DNA of 20,000 bases from an uncultured virus (IMG/VR IMGVR_UViG_3300042473_000519). Taxonomy: Duplodnaviria > Heunggongvirae > Uroviricota > Caudoviricetes. The translations under genes were made by a program, and so were the position numbers. The notes beneath the pieces were generated by a model. That model had not been told where the DNA came from. It did not search any database and saw nothing but the letters and a program-made list of their open reading frames with translations. This document shows positions 8,633 through 17,008 of this stretch, piece by piece (position 1 is the first letter of the stretch; every line of letters starts with the position of its first letter). The stretch lies in IMG/VR virus record IMGVR_UViG_3300042473_000519; one strand, given 5' to 3'.

Positions 8633-9321
8633 TGCTACTGGAAAATATATCTTATACTTGTCAGTATTGCAAGAACAAATTCAGTAAAGAAAAAACTTTG
8701 GCTGTGCATATCTGCGAGCAAAAACGCAGAGCACTTGCTAAGACTGAAAAACATGTGGTAATGGGATATGATACTTATAACAGATTTTACAGAAAAACGC
8801 AAAACAGTAAGCAGGATAAAACTTATGAGGATTTTGCTAAAAGTCCTTATTATAACGCTTTCGTTAAGTTTGGCAGCTTTGTTAGTAATGTTAATCCTTT
8901 ATACCCGGACAGATTCATTGACTACGTGGTGGTTAGCGGCGTTAAACTGGATCAATGGTGTAGAGATGAACTTTACGAAAAATATGTACTTGATCTTATC
9001 CGGGTCGAAACAGTAGAAACTGCACTACAACGTAGCATTACACACATGATGAAATGGGGTGATGATAATAATGCACAATGGAATCATTACTTTCTATATG
9101 TTAGTTTAAGTCGTGCTTGTTATGATATTAAAGATGGAAAAGTGAGTCCGTGGCTAATTTTAAATAGCAATAGCGGTAAAGAGATGTTGCGTAAATTAAA
9201 TGATGAACAATTGTCAGCAATTGGATCAACTATTGATCTCCAATTCTGGATGAGTAAATTTAAAAAACTTCCAGCAGATGTTGCGTTGGTTAAAGAAGTA
9301 GTTAGAGAGAGTAATATATAA
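8629..9321 (+). CDS. Hypothetical protein with N-terminal C2H2/C2HC-type zinc finger
   Basis: YTCQYCKNKFSKEKTLAVHIC fits C-x2-C-x3-F-x5-L-x2-H. Confidence 0.7.
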   Translation: MMLLENISYTCQYCKNKFSKEKTLAVHICEQKRRALAKTEKHVVMGYDTYNRFYRKTQNSKQDKTYEDFAKSPYYNAFVKFGSFVSNVNPLYPDRFIDYVVVSGVKLDQWCRDELYEKYVLDLIRVETVETALQRSITHMMKWGDDNNAQWNHYFLYVSLSRACYDIKDGKVSPWLILNSNSGKEMLRKLNDEQLSAIGSTIDLQFWMSKFKKLPADVALVKEVVRESNI

Positions 9322-9896
9322 TGGATGTTGATATTGACTTTGCTGATAGATCAATTGCTTTGAAAAAATTCAAGCACGTGGTTGCGGCTATTGACGACAA
9401 GGGTATTTTTAAAAAACACAATACTGGAGTATATTGCACTAGTATTCCGTACAATCCTATCACAGGAATAAGTACTATAGATTATAAAACAGCAGAAGAT
9501 AGAGGTTATTTTAAAATAGATTTTTTAAATGTTAGTGTGTATGATGGTGTTAAAAGCAAAGAGCATTTGACTCAATTATTGGAGACTGAACCACTATGGG
9601 ATTTACTCTTGGAAGACGACTTCGTGAACAATTTGTTCCACGTGAATGGGCATGGACCTATTCTTCGACAAATGAAACCTGGATCTATAGAACAGTTAGC
9701 GGCAGTGTTGGCAATGATACGTCCGGCAAAACGTTACCTGATTGGGAAAGATTGGACGACAGTGATGACGGAGATTTGGACCAAACCAGAGAATGATGAG
9801 TATTTTTTCAAACACAGTCATTCTATAGCATACGCACACGTGATTGTTGTGCAAATGAATCTAATTTGTGAAAATTTAACGAACCTTTCGAACTAA
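9321..9896 (+). CDS. dnaE: Miniature DNA polymerase III alpha (family C)-like protein, palm and partial fingers only
   Basis: DVDIDF (cf. PDIDIDF), KHNTGVY (cf. KHAAG), GYFKIDFL (cf. GLVKFDFL), AMIRP (cf. ALYRP), YFFKHSHSIAY (cf. YGFNKSHAAAY), in native order. Confidence 0.75.
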   Translation: MDVDIDFADRSIALKKFKHVVAAIDDKGIFKKHNTGVYCTSIPYNPITGISTIDYKTAEDRGYFKIDFLNVSVYDGVKSKEHLTQLLETEPLWDLLLEDDFVNNLFHVNGHGPILRQMKPGSIEQLAAVLAMIRPAKRYLIGKDWTTVMTEIWTKPENDEYFFKHSHSIAYAHVIVVQMNLICENLTNLSN

Positions 9897-10250
9897 CTGT
9901 ACACTCTTGCGTTTCACACGTTTGAGAGTCAAGTTCATGAGATTTACACACGGGCCCAACAATAATCGTGTATCTTTGCTGTTGAATGTTTTGATAGCAT
10001 AGTGGAATGGGTGTATCATTTCTCTGCAGAATATGTTGATGGGAAATTGTCTATTTGATTCCCACCACCATGTTTCGCCTATTTCTAAGAACAATGTTTT
10101 CTCTTCAGCAGTCTTAATGGCATTAAGGTCATAAAAACTTGTGACGAATTGATCCTGGTTTATAATAATGCCCACGTATTCTTCCTCACCGTAGTTTAAC
10201 ACGGATATAAAGGGTAATTTCTGTTCGATATCGTCTCTTAGTTTTGCCAT
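9876..10250 (-). CDS. Hypothetical protein, sole minus-strand gene in the replication block
   Basis: 124-aa ORF that fills the gap between plus-strand genes; WWWESNR motif; basic C-terminus. Confidence 0.75.
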   Translation of the reverse strand: MAKLRDDIEQKLPFISVLNYGEEEYVGIIINQDQFVTSFYDLNAIKTAEEKTLFLEIGETWWWESNRQFPINIFCREMIHPFHYAIKTFNSKDTRLLLGPCVNLMNLTLKRVKRKSVQLVRKVR

Positions 10251-10255
10251 AAATA
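10249..10255 (+). promoter_or_regulatory. T4-like late promoter element
   Basis: ATAAATA 20 nt upstream of ATG 10276. Confidence 0.5.
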
Positions 10256-10275
10256 GTATATAAAGGTCCTGTCAG

Positions 10276-11103
10276 ATGCAAAAAATTTCAAGTTATTTAT
10301 ATCCTAATAGAGTTGAACTATTAGCCAATTTGGCAGGATTTACTGTGGAGTATACAAACGTGTATCAGAGAAATGTAAAAATATATAATGGCATCGATAA
10401 CACCATTGAGTTCGATATAAAGAACGCAGATCAAAAACGCATCGATTTGGCCACGCTGACTCAGATAGAATTAAACATAATGGATGCTCAAGGAAATGCT
10501 TTAGAAAATAGTCCATACACTGTTACTCCAACTGCATTGAAAGGTATTGCCGCTGTTACTATTCCTCAAGAAGATTTAACTGAATTATCCAGCCAATATT
10601 TAAAATACAGTGTTACTGCCCTTAAAGATGGCAACGATGTTATGTTGTATGCTGACAGTAGATTCGGAGCAGTGGGCAAATTTGAATTAGTTGGAGATGC
10701 AATGCCAACATTTAGGAATGAGAAAGTTTACGATAGATTCAGCGGTGAAATTGATTTGATGGGTAATGTAAAAAATCATACCAGTGCTATTCCTTGTAAA
10801 TTTTACGAAGCTATACCAACAACTGAAATGTCATTTGATATAACTTATACCGATTATACCGGTGAGATGTATATTGAAGCAACCAAGGATTCTACCATTA
10901 GTGTAGAATCATTTAATCGTAATGGTGTAAAATTAGTTACATTTACACCTCCAGTAGGTACTGGAACATTTACTCAATCGTTTACATTGCCAGTTGGTGA
11001 TTACAATTATTTTAGAGTAGTCTGGACATATTTAGATCCAACATTACTTGGACTATATGGTGCTAGTCCAACCGGAACTGTTGACAAAGTAGTGGTAAAT
11101 TAA
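10276..11103 (+). CDS. Probable virion structural protein (BppU N-terminal/Ig-like beta-sandwich)
   Basis: IYNGIDNTIEFDIKNADQKRIDL...G.A.VTI....L..L....YSV pattern; Thr/Gly-rich beta character; late-promoter element upstream. Confidence 0.5.
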   Translation: MQKISSYLYPNRVELLANLAGFTVEYTNVYQRNVKIYNGIDNTIEFDIKNADQKRIDLATLTQIELNIMDAQGNALENSPYTVTPTALKGIAAVTIPQEDLTELSSQYLKYSVTALKDGNDVMLYADSRFGAVGKFELVGDAMPTFRNEKVYDRFSGEIDLMGNVKNHTSAIPCKFYEAIPTTEMSFDITYTDYTGEMYIEATKDSTISVESFNRNGVKLVTFTPPVGTGTFTQSFTLPVGDYNYFRVVWTYLDPTLLGLYGASPTGTVDKVVVN

Positions 11104-11110
11104 GTATAAT
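11081..11110 (+). promoter_or_regulatory. Consensus sigma70 promoter for primase
   Basis: TTGACA(11081-11086)-N18-TATAAT(11105-11110); ATG 5 nt downstream. Confidence 0.75.
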
Positions 11111-11115
11111 TAGGC

Positions 11116-12096
11116 ATGGGCCTAATAGCAGACACACTACTACAATACTTACCTGGTAAAAGAAAACAAACTCCAAGCGGATGGATAAGTTTTAATGCCC
11201 CTTGCTGTGACGATAAAAGACAGCGTGGCGGCTTTATTATTAACGGTGGCGATGCAGTAAGCTATCATTGTTTTAATTGCCAGTTCAAATGCAGTTGGCA
11301 ACCCGGCAGAACTATTAGTCAAAAGATGAACAAGTTCATGCAATTGCTCAACATGGGCGATGATACTATTAGCCAATTAAAGCTAGAAGCACTGCGTCTT
11401 AATGACAATTCCAATACAATTATACAAAGCATAGTACCCAAGTTTGAACCTAGAGCAATGCCTTTGGATAGCGAACTTATATCAAGTTTAGACCATATCC
11501 CGGAAAAGCTCATTCCTGTGCTTGAATATCTTTCAAGTAGAAGTTTATATCTCGAAGATTATCCATTTTATTGGACACCTAAAATAGGGTTTAGCAATAG
11601 AGTAATCATACCGTTCCTCAAAGACAATGTCATTGTGGGTTACACAGCTCGGGCCATAGGCGACACTAAACCCAAGTACATCAGTGAGCAACAACCGGGA
11701 TATGTGTTTAATTTAGATAGGCAAGCAAATAATCGAGACTTCGTAATTGTATGTGAAGGCCCGTTTGACGCGATAAGTATTGATGGATGTGCATTGTTAG
11801 GTGCTGAGATTAAAGACAGCCAAAACTGGCTACTCAAGCAATTGGGTAGGGAAATTGTTCTTGTTCCCGATAGAGATCACGAAGGACCTAAGACAATAGA
11901 GCAAGCATTAGAGTATGGCTGGTCAGTAAGTATGCCCAACTGGCCCGAAGGCATTAAAGATGTAAACGATGCAGTAGTTAAGTTAGGTAGACTAGCAACA
12001 TTATACCTAATAACATCCGCTAAAGAATCCAACAGCCTTAAGATACAACTTAAGGCAAAGAAATGGTTTAAGGAAGAACATGAAACGAATAATTGA
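11116..12096 (+). CDS. DNA primase (DnaG/T4 gp61-like)
   Basis: Zn-binding PCC...HCFNC; TOPRIM motifs VCEGPFDA, PDRD..G, KDVND. Confidence 0.88.
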   Translation: MGLIADTLLQYLPGKRKQTPSGWISFNAPCCDDKRQRGGFIINGGDAVSYHCFNCQFKCSWQPGRTISQKMNKFMQLLNMGDDTISQLKLEALRLNDNSNTIIQSIVPKFEPRAMPLDSELISSLDHIPEKLIPVLEYLSSRSLYLEDYPFYWTPKIGFSNRVIIPFLKDNVIVGYTARAIGDTKPKYISEQQPGYVFNLDRQANNRDFVIVCEGPFDAISIDGCALLGAEIKDSQNWLLKQLGREIVLVPDRDHEGPKTIEQALEYGWSVSMPNWPEGIKDVNDAVVKLGRLATLYLITSAKESNSLKIQLKAKKWFKEEHETNN

Positions 12097-12193
12097 TTTT
12101 TTATTACGACCTTGGTACAAGTATCAAGAACGCAAACGTTTTAAAGAACGGCTCGAAGAATTACGCAAACGTGATCCATTTATCTACAAATGA
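12080..12193 (+). CDS. 37-aa small protein coupled to the carbamoyltransferase (not in the ORF track)
   Basis: MKRIIDFLLRPWYKYQERKRFKERLEELRKRDPFIYK; AAGGA RBS; ATGA overlap with the 12190 start. Confidence 0.7.
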   Translation: MKRIIDFLLRPWYKYQERKRFKERLEELRKRDPFIYK

Positions 12194-13146
12194 TTCACTG
12201 GGGGATTAATGCACTTAATCACGGCAGTAGCCTTGCAGTGTTTAAGGACGAGAGACTAATAAGTTTGGATGTTTCACACGAAGATGAAATACCTAGCGAG
12301 ATTAAACTTAAGGCATTAAATTATGGTGGTGCACCGGATCGCATATATTGGTATGAACGTCCGTGGGTAAAGAAGGCAAGACAAATTTATGCTGGACAAT
12401 ATCGTACTGCCATGGATATAAGCAACTTACCAAATAACTATACACAAAGAACAGGATTACATTATGCACCAATTACGTACACTCCACACCATGCTAGTCA
12501 CGCGGCGGCAGGTTATTATACCAGCCCTTTTAATCACTGTGCTGTTGTCGTGCTTGATGCTATCGGTGAGTTTGAATGTGCTACAATTTGGAATTGCAGT
12601 CACGGCGAAATGAAGAAAGTGTGGAGTAGAAGTTACCCACATAGTTTAGGATTGTTCTACAGTGCCTTTACTCAGTTTATTGGGTTAACTCCAATAAAAG
12701 ACGAACACTTATTACAGAAAATGGCAGAACAAGGTAATCCTTACTTGTTTAGAAGAACAGTAGGTAACTACTTTGGAACAGGAGTAGTTGACTTAGAATA
12801 CAACTTTCATAGAGGAGTTGGGCATTGGGATGACAATAAATTAGAGACGTTACAGCTACAATGCGACCTTGCTGCCGCAGTACAAGAGCGTTTTGAAATA
12901 GAAGTAGGCAAGATAATGCGTCTGGCTAAGACATTAACTAATGCAGACTGTTTAGTCTATATGGGCGGTTGTGCTATGAACAGTCAGGCCAATCGTAACG
13001 AAGTAGAACCACAGTTTAAGTACATATGGAGTTTACCTAACCCTGGCGATCCTAGTAGTAGCATGGGCGCCGTGTTATATCATACAAAAAATCGAGTGCA
13101 GGATTATCCGTGGGATCCAGTCAAACACATTGATATTAAAGTTTAA
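12190..13146 (+). CDS. NodU/CmcH/TobZ-family carbamoyltransferase, N-terminal Kae1-like domain only
   Basis: HHASHAAAGYYTSPF, DAIGE, SLGLFYS, GGCAMN..AN, PNPGD...MGA; no C-terminal YrdC-like domain. Confidence 0.85.
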   Translation: MIHWGINALNHGSSLAVFKDERLISLDVSHEDEIPSEIKLKALNYGGAPDRIYWYERPWVKKARQIYAGQYRTAMDISNLPNNYTQRTGLHYAPITYTPHHASHAAAGYYTSPFNHCAVVVLDAIGEFECATIWNCSHGEMKKVWSRSYPHSLGLFYSAFTQFIGLTPIKDEHLLQKMAEQGNPYLFRRTVGNYFGTGVVDLEYNFHRGVGHWDDNKLETLQLQCDLAAAVQERFEIEVGKIMRLAKTLTNADCLVYMGGCAMNSQANRNEVEPQFKYIWSLPNPGDPSSSMGAVLYHTKNRVQDYPWDPVKHIDIKV

Positions 13147-13158
13147 AGAGCGTATAAT
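13130..13158 (+). promoter_or_regulatory. Sigma70 promoter for the replicative helicase
   Basis: TTGATA(13130-13135)-N17-TATAAT(13153-13158); ATG 5 nt downstream. Confidence 0.7.
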
Positions 13159-13163
13159 ACATT

Positions 13164-14627
13164 ATGACAGATGATAAAAAAGCAAGACAAAACGTGGACT
13201 ATGGATATGACATCCAGAAAGTCTACTTGGAAATGATGCTGGCAGATGCAGGCACATTTGTACGCTGCCAAAGTATTTTTGACAGCAGTTTATTCGACCG
13301 TAAGCTACGTGAGCCAGCGGAGTTTCTTACTGCATATGTAAGTGAGAACAATGTGTTACCCACGCCTGACATTCTAAATGCGGCAACAGGCAGTAATCTC
13401 AAGGCAGCAACAGAACTACGTGAAGAACACTTTGAATGGTTGCTCAACGACTTTGAAACGTTTACCCGCCACAAAGGACTGGAACGTGCTATTCTAGAAT
13501 CGGCAGATTTGCTGGAAAAAGGTGAGTACGGTCCAGTGGAAGAAAAAATCAAACAAGCGGTACAGATTGGATTACAAAGAGACATGGGTACTGATTATTT
13601 CAAAGACCCAAGAGCACGATTGATGAGGATCAAGGACAAGAATGGACAAATTTCAACAGGTTGGAAAGCTGTCGACGATAAGTTATTTGGGGGTTTTAAT
13701 CGCGGGGAACTTAATATCTGGGCTGGTGGTAGTGGCGCTGGTAAAAGTCTTTTCCTAGCTAACTTAGGTGTTAACTATGCAACATCTGGACTTAACGTAC
13801 TGTATCTCACATTAGAATTGAGTGAAGAACTTGTATCCATGCGTGTGGATGCAATGATAACCGGAATCCCTACAAGAGAGATTTTCAAGAACATCGATGA
13901 CGTTGAGATCAAAGTCAAAATGATTGGCAAGAAATCTGGACAGTTCCAAGTCAAGTACATGCCAAGTGGTAAGACAGCCAATGATATTCGTGCTTATATG
14001 AAAGAGTATGAAATCAAAATGGGCCGTAAGATTGATGTATTGCTAGTTGACTACATGGACTTGCTAATGCCCTTGAGCAAGAAGATCAGTGCAGAAAACT
14101 TGTTTGTCAAGGACAAGTATGTTAGTGAAGAACTACGTAATCTAGCAGTGGAAAAGCAATGTGTATTCGTTACTGCGGCGCAGTTGAATCGTGGAGCAGT
14201 GGAAGAAATTGAGTTTGACCACAGCCACATATCGGGCGGGCTCTCCAAGATTCAAACAGCAGATAACGTGTTTGGTATTTTTACAAGTCGTGCTATGCGT
14301 GAACGTGGCAAGTATCAAATTCAGCTGATGAAGACACGCTCCAGCAGTGGTGTCGGTCAAAAGATTGATCTGGACTTTAATATTGATACACTGCGTATCA
14401 CAGACTGTGAGCAAGAAGATACATATGGTTCTGGACAAGCCAGTGCAGGATCCAGTTTGTTAAGCAGTATCAAAGCCCGTCAAACTGTAACAGATGAAAC
14501 CAAACCTGCATGGGAACGTGCCACACCTGCGGAAGGTTTTGACCTGGGCAAGCCTAGAATCAAAGCACAGGTCGAAAGTAGCAAGCTAAGAGATTTACTG
14601 AACAACTTACCACAGGATGATGTGTAA
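13164..14627 (+). CDS. Replicative DNA helicase, DnaB/T4 gp41-like (SF4)
   Basis: ISTGW..VD, Walker A GGSGAGKS, YLTLEL, Walker B LLVDYMDL, AAQLNR, MKTRS. Confidence 0.9.
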   Translation: MTDDKKARQNVDYGYDIQKVYLEMMLADAGTFVRCQSIFDSSLFDRKLREPAEFLTAYVSENNVLPTPDILNAATGSNLKAATELREEHFEWLLNDFETFTRHKGLERAILESADLLEKGEYGPVEEKIKQAVQIGLQRDMGTDYFKDPRARLMRIKDKNGQISTGWKAVDDKLFGGFNRGELNIWAGGSGAGKSLFLANLGVNYATSGLNVLYLTLELSEELVSMRVDAMITGIPTREIFKNIDDVEIKVKMIGKKSGQFQVKYMPSGKTANDIRAYMKEYEIKMGRKIDVLLVDYMDLLMPLSKKISAENLFVKDKYVSEELRNLAVEKQCVFVTAAQLNRGAVEEIEFDHSHISGGLSKIQTADNVFGIFTSRAMRERGKYQIQLMKTRSSSGVGQKIDLDFNIDTLRITDCEQEDTYGSGQASAGSSLLSSIKARQTVTDETKPAWERATPAEGFDLGKPRIKAQVESSKLRDLLNNLPQDDV

Positions 14628-14674
14628 TCATCCTGTAACACAACTTTAAGACAAAAGACATAAGTACACATATA

Positions 14675-15136
14675 ATGACCATGGAATTCATACGCATAAC
14701 TGATCCGAAAGATCCTAGAGCAAGTTGCATCAAGGACGATCCGGTACGACCCCACATTCCACTTGAACAGCGTATAAATGAAGCAGCTGAAATCTTGATA
14801 CTGAAAGCAGGCGAGGAAATACTTGCGGCCACATGCATGCAATGGCTCAGCACTATTCCCAAGAGCGAAGAAGATTTGGTCACCATGGACAAGGACAAAC
14901 GTGTGGCAGTGTTCTATACCATTTGGAGTTACGCACCAGGTGCAGGCGCCCGCTTGATCAAGGAAGCCGCAGAATGGATTCTAAAGGACTACAAGGATGT
15001 GGACGATATTGTTACACTTAGTCCCCAGACTGAGATGGCACGCCGATTCCACACCAAGAACGGTGCCACTGTGCATCAAACCAACGATACCACAGTTAAC
15101 TATCAATACTACCGTCGCAAGAAGCCCACTGAGTAA
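14675..15136 (+). CDS. Hypothetical protein, possible GNAT-like acetyltransferase fold
   Basis: FYTIWSYAPGAGARLI resembles GNAT motif A; ARRFH.KNG resembles motif B; ATAAGTA at 14660-14666 upstream. Confidence 0.5.
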   Translation: MTMEFIRITDPKDPRASCIKDDPVRPHIPLEQRINEAAEILILKAGEEILAATCMQWLSTIPKSEEDLVTMDKDKRVAVFYTIWSYAPGAGARLIKEAAEWILKDYKDVDDIVTLSPQTEMARRFHTKNGATVHQTNDTTVNYQYYRRKKPTE

Positions 15137-15142
15137 ATTCGC

Positions 15143-15149
15143 ATAAATA
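15143..15149 (+). promoter_or_regulatory. T4-like late promoter element
   Basis: ATAAATA 4 nt upstream of ATG 15154; no SD. Confidence 0.55.
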
Positions 15150-15153
15150 TTGC

Positions 15154-15888
15154 ATGCGAGTACATGAAATAATCAGCGAAGGAATTGGATCCAAGATATT
15201 GGGTCTATTTGGCAAACAAGCGCCAAAAGAACTGCCCCGTATAGATCCCGTAATGGGCAAGCCCAGTGGTGCAACCCCCACTCCCACACGGCCGGATCTT
15301 GGTCAAACATCCAAACCCACTGGTGCAACTCCCACGCCCACTCGTGATCCTGATCAAACTCCTAGACCCACTCCCATATACACCACACCCAAATCCACAG
15401 CCGGACTGGATACCTTTCCTGCACTGGCCGCCAAAACAGCTCAAGCAGAAAGGGTTGGATTGCAGTTGCACAATCTTCCGGGCACACAGGATAAAATAGT
15501 GCAGATAGGTACTAGACCCATAGTGGTGGTGGACATAGATGGTTTTGCTGCTCCGTTTTATGTGAGCACAGGCAGTGGTGGCAAAACCGGAGTGCCTGTG
15601 GGCAAATGGTATCCGTTCTTTGGCATTGGTGCCAAAGGCTGGTTCAACAAAGGTTGGACAGAAGAAATGATCAATACGTATTATGGCAATGCCAAACTGG
15701 CACGTGTGGCCCATGTGCTGGACAGCTCCATAGGCGATGTGAGAAATTTGGCAGGAGAAATGATGTCGGGTCAACCAGCCCTGAGCGTTATCAATGCGGG
15801 CAAACAGCCTTGGCCTTCACACATAATGAAACCTGATGAACAGCGTGCCTATGAACGATACATTACTGCTTTGGTAGACAGCATCTAG
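15154..15888 (+). CDS. Probable capsid-internal protein with Pro/Thr linker and unknown C-terminal domain
   Basis: N-terminal MRVHEIISE; PT-rich repeats; globular C-terminal part with PFYVSTG..GK...GKWYPFFG. Confidence 0.65.
   Translation: MRVHEIISEGIGSKILGLFGKQAPKELPRIDPVMGKPSGATPTPTRPDLGQTSKPTGATPTPTRDPDQTPRPTPIYTTPKSTAGLDTFPALAAKTAQAERVGLQLHNLPGTQDKIVQIGTRPIVVVDIDGFAAPFYVSTGSGGKTGVPVGKWYPFFGIGAKGWFNKGWTEEMINTYYGNAKLARVAHVLDSSIGDVRNLAGEMMSGQPALSVINAGKQPWPSHIMKPDEQRAYERYITALVDSI
15259..15345 (+). repeat. Intragenic degenerate direct repeat (33-nt unit, 54-nt period)
   Basis: KPSGATPTPTR (15259-15291) and KPTGATPTPTR (15313-15345). Confidence 0.8.
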
Positions 15889-16012
15889 GCACCCGCTGGT
15901 TCTTGCTACGAAGTAGCAGCGAAGCGCAAAATCGGAAAGCAGATTTTAGGTCAGTTAACAGCCCACATTATCACTCTCACCAAATCCTTTAAATACAGTA
16001 CTGGAGAATTCT

Positions 16013-16336
16013 ATGGCAACCATATCCGCAAGCATACCCCTAGCAGCCAATATGAAAATATTGGTGGACTCAGCTTCACAAGCTGAAATCGACGACGCAC
16101 TGGCTGCAAAATATGCCACGGTAATTACCACTATTAGCACAAGGGCAACACAGGGCTACAGCACAAAGGTATTCAACTACAGTAGTTACAGTGGTTTTGA
16201 TGGTGGTGCGTTGGAAGGCGGAGTAGCAGCCAATGAAACTGAGTTTACTGCACTAATGGTGCGTTATGGATATGTGGTAACCAAAAGCGATGCCAATAAC
16301 GACAGTTTTACCACAGTAACAGTAAGCTGGGCCTAA
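16013..16336 (+). CDS. Hypothetical protein, probably late/structural
   Basis: 107 aa, Ala/Thr/Ser-rich; GGAG RBS 16003-16006; TAAATA 15990-15995. Confidence 0.7.
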   Translation: MATISASIPLAANMKILVDSASQAEIDDALAAKYATVITTISTRATQGYSTKVFNYSSYSGFDGGALEGGVAANETEFTALMVRYGYVVTKSDANNDSFTTVTVSWA

Positions 16337-16345
16337 AGTATAATA

Positions 16346-17002
16346 CTAGGCCAAATGCTGTTGTAGGGCGTTGATCTGTTGTTGTCCGCCCTTGGATAAT
16401 TTAAACCCTGCCTTCTTAGCACGATCAATACGCTGTTGATAATTTGGATGCGTACTATTGGGCATGCTGGATACAAAGTTAGTCCAATCATACTCTTCCT
16501 TACTGTGCATGAACTTGAACAATTCAGCAGTGTTGTAACCTAGTAATTTGGCCAGCTTAATACCAAAGTCATCAGCATCAAACTCATCCTTACGTGAAAC
16601 TGCAGGTGTTGCTGGTGCACCTATGTGTGCCAGTGCAATATGGCCAAGTTCATGTCCTATGGCCACTGCCAGTGTGGCATCTGGTGCGTCCCAAAACACT
16701 GTAATGTCTATGATAATAGTACGATCCTGTGCATTGGCTTGTACGTACTGATCAGTGCTTCTTACTGTGATAGTAGTGCCTGCTAGCTTTTTCGCCCATG
16801 GTGCTCCAGCTGCTTGAACGAGTCTGGCTAACATGCTGTTACAACGTGCTTGCAATTGATTTAATCGTGGTGCCCAAGTATTGACCAGTGCATCAGGATC
16901 CTTTTGCAAAGTGGCAATATCTTGAAACTTCTTAGCGGGAGTTGTGGGTGTGGCAGTGGTTGTGGGCTCCGCAGTGGGTTCAAGTATTTCAATAATTTTC
17001 AT
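16346..17002 (-). CDS. M48-like zinc metallopeptidase (soluble)
   Basis: LA.AIGHELGH (HEXXH), R.DEFDAD, STHP...RI; no obvious transmembrane segment. Confidence 0.85.
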   Translation of the reverse strand: MKIIEILEPTAEPTTTATPTTPAKKFQDIATLQKDPDALVNTWAPRLNQLQARCNSMLARLVQAAGAPWAKKLAGTTITVRSTDQYVQANAQDRTIIIDITVFWDAPDATLAVAIGHELGHIALAHIGAPATPAVSRKDEFDADDFGIKLAKLLGYNTAELFKFMHSKEEYDWTNFVSSMPNSTHPNYQQRIDRAKKAGFKLSKGGQQQINALQQHLA

Positions 17003-17008
17003 ACAGTG

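Noticed and set aside
2303..14627. Inteins, introns or stop-codon reassignment in UvsX, UvsW, primase and helicase
   Set aside because: All are uninterrupted and of normal length under the standard code; TAA, TGA and TAG all act as stops in this window
1339..14898. Many 60-120 aa alternative-frame and antisense ORFs inside the replication genes
   Set aside because: Nested in well-supported genes, with no motifs or independent expression signals
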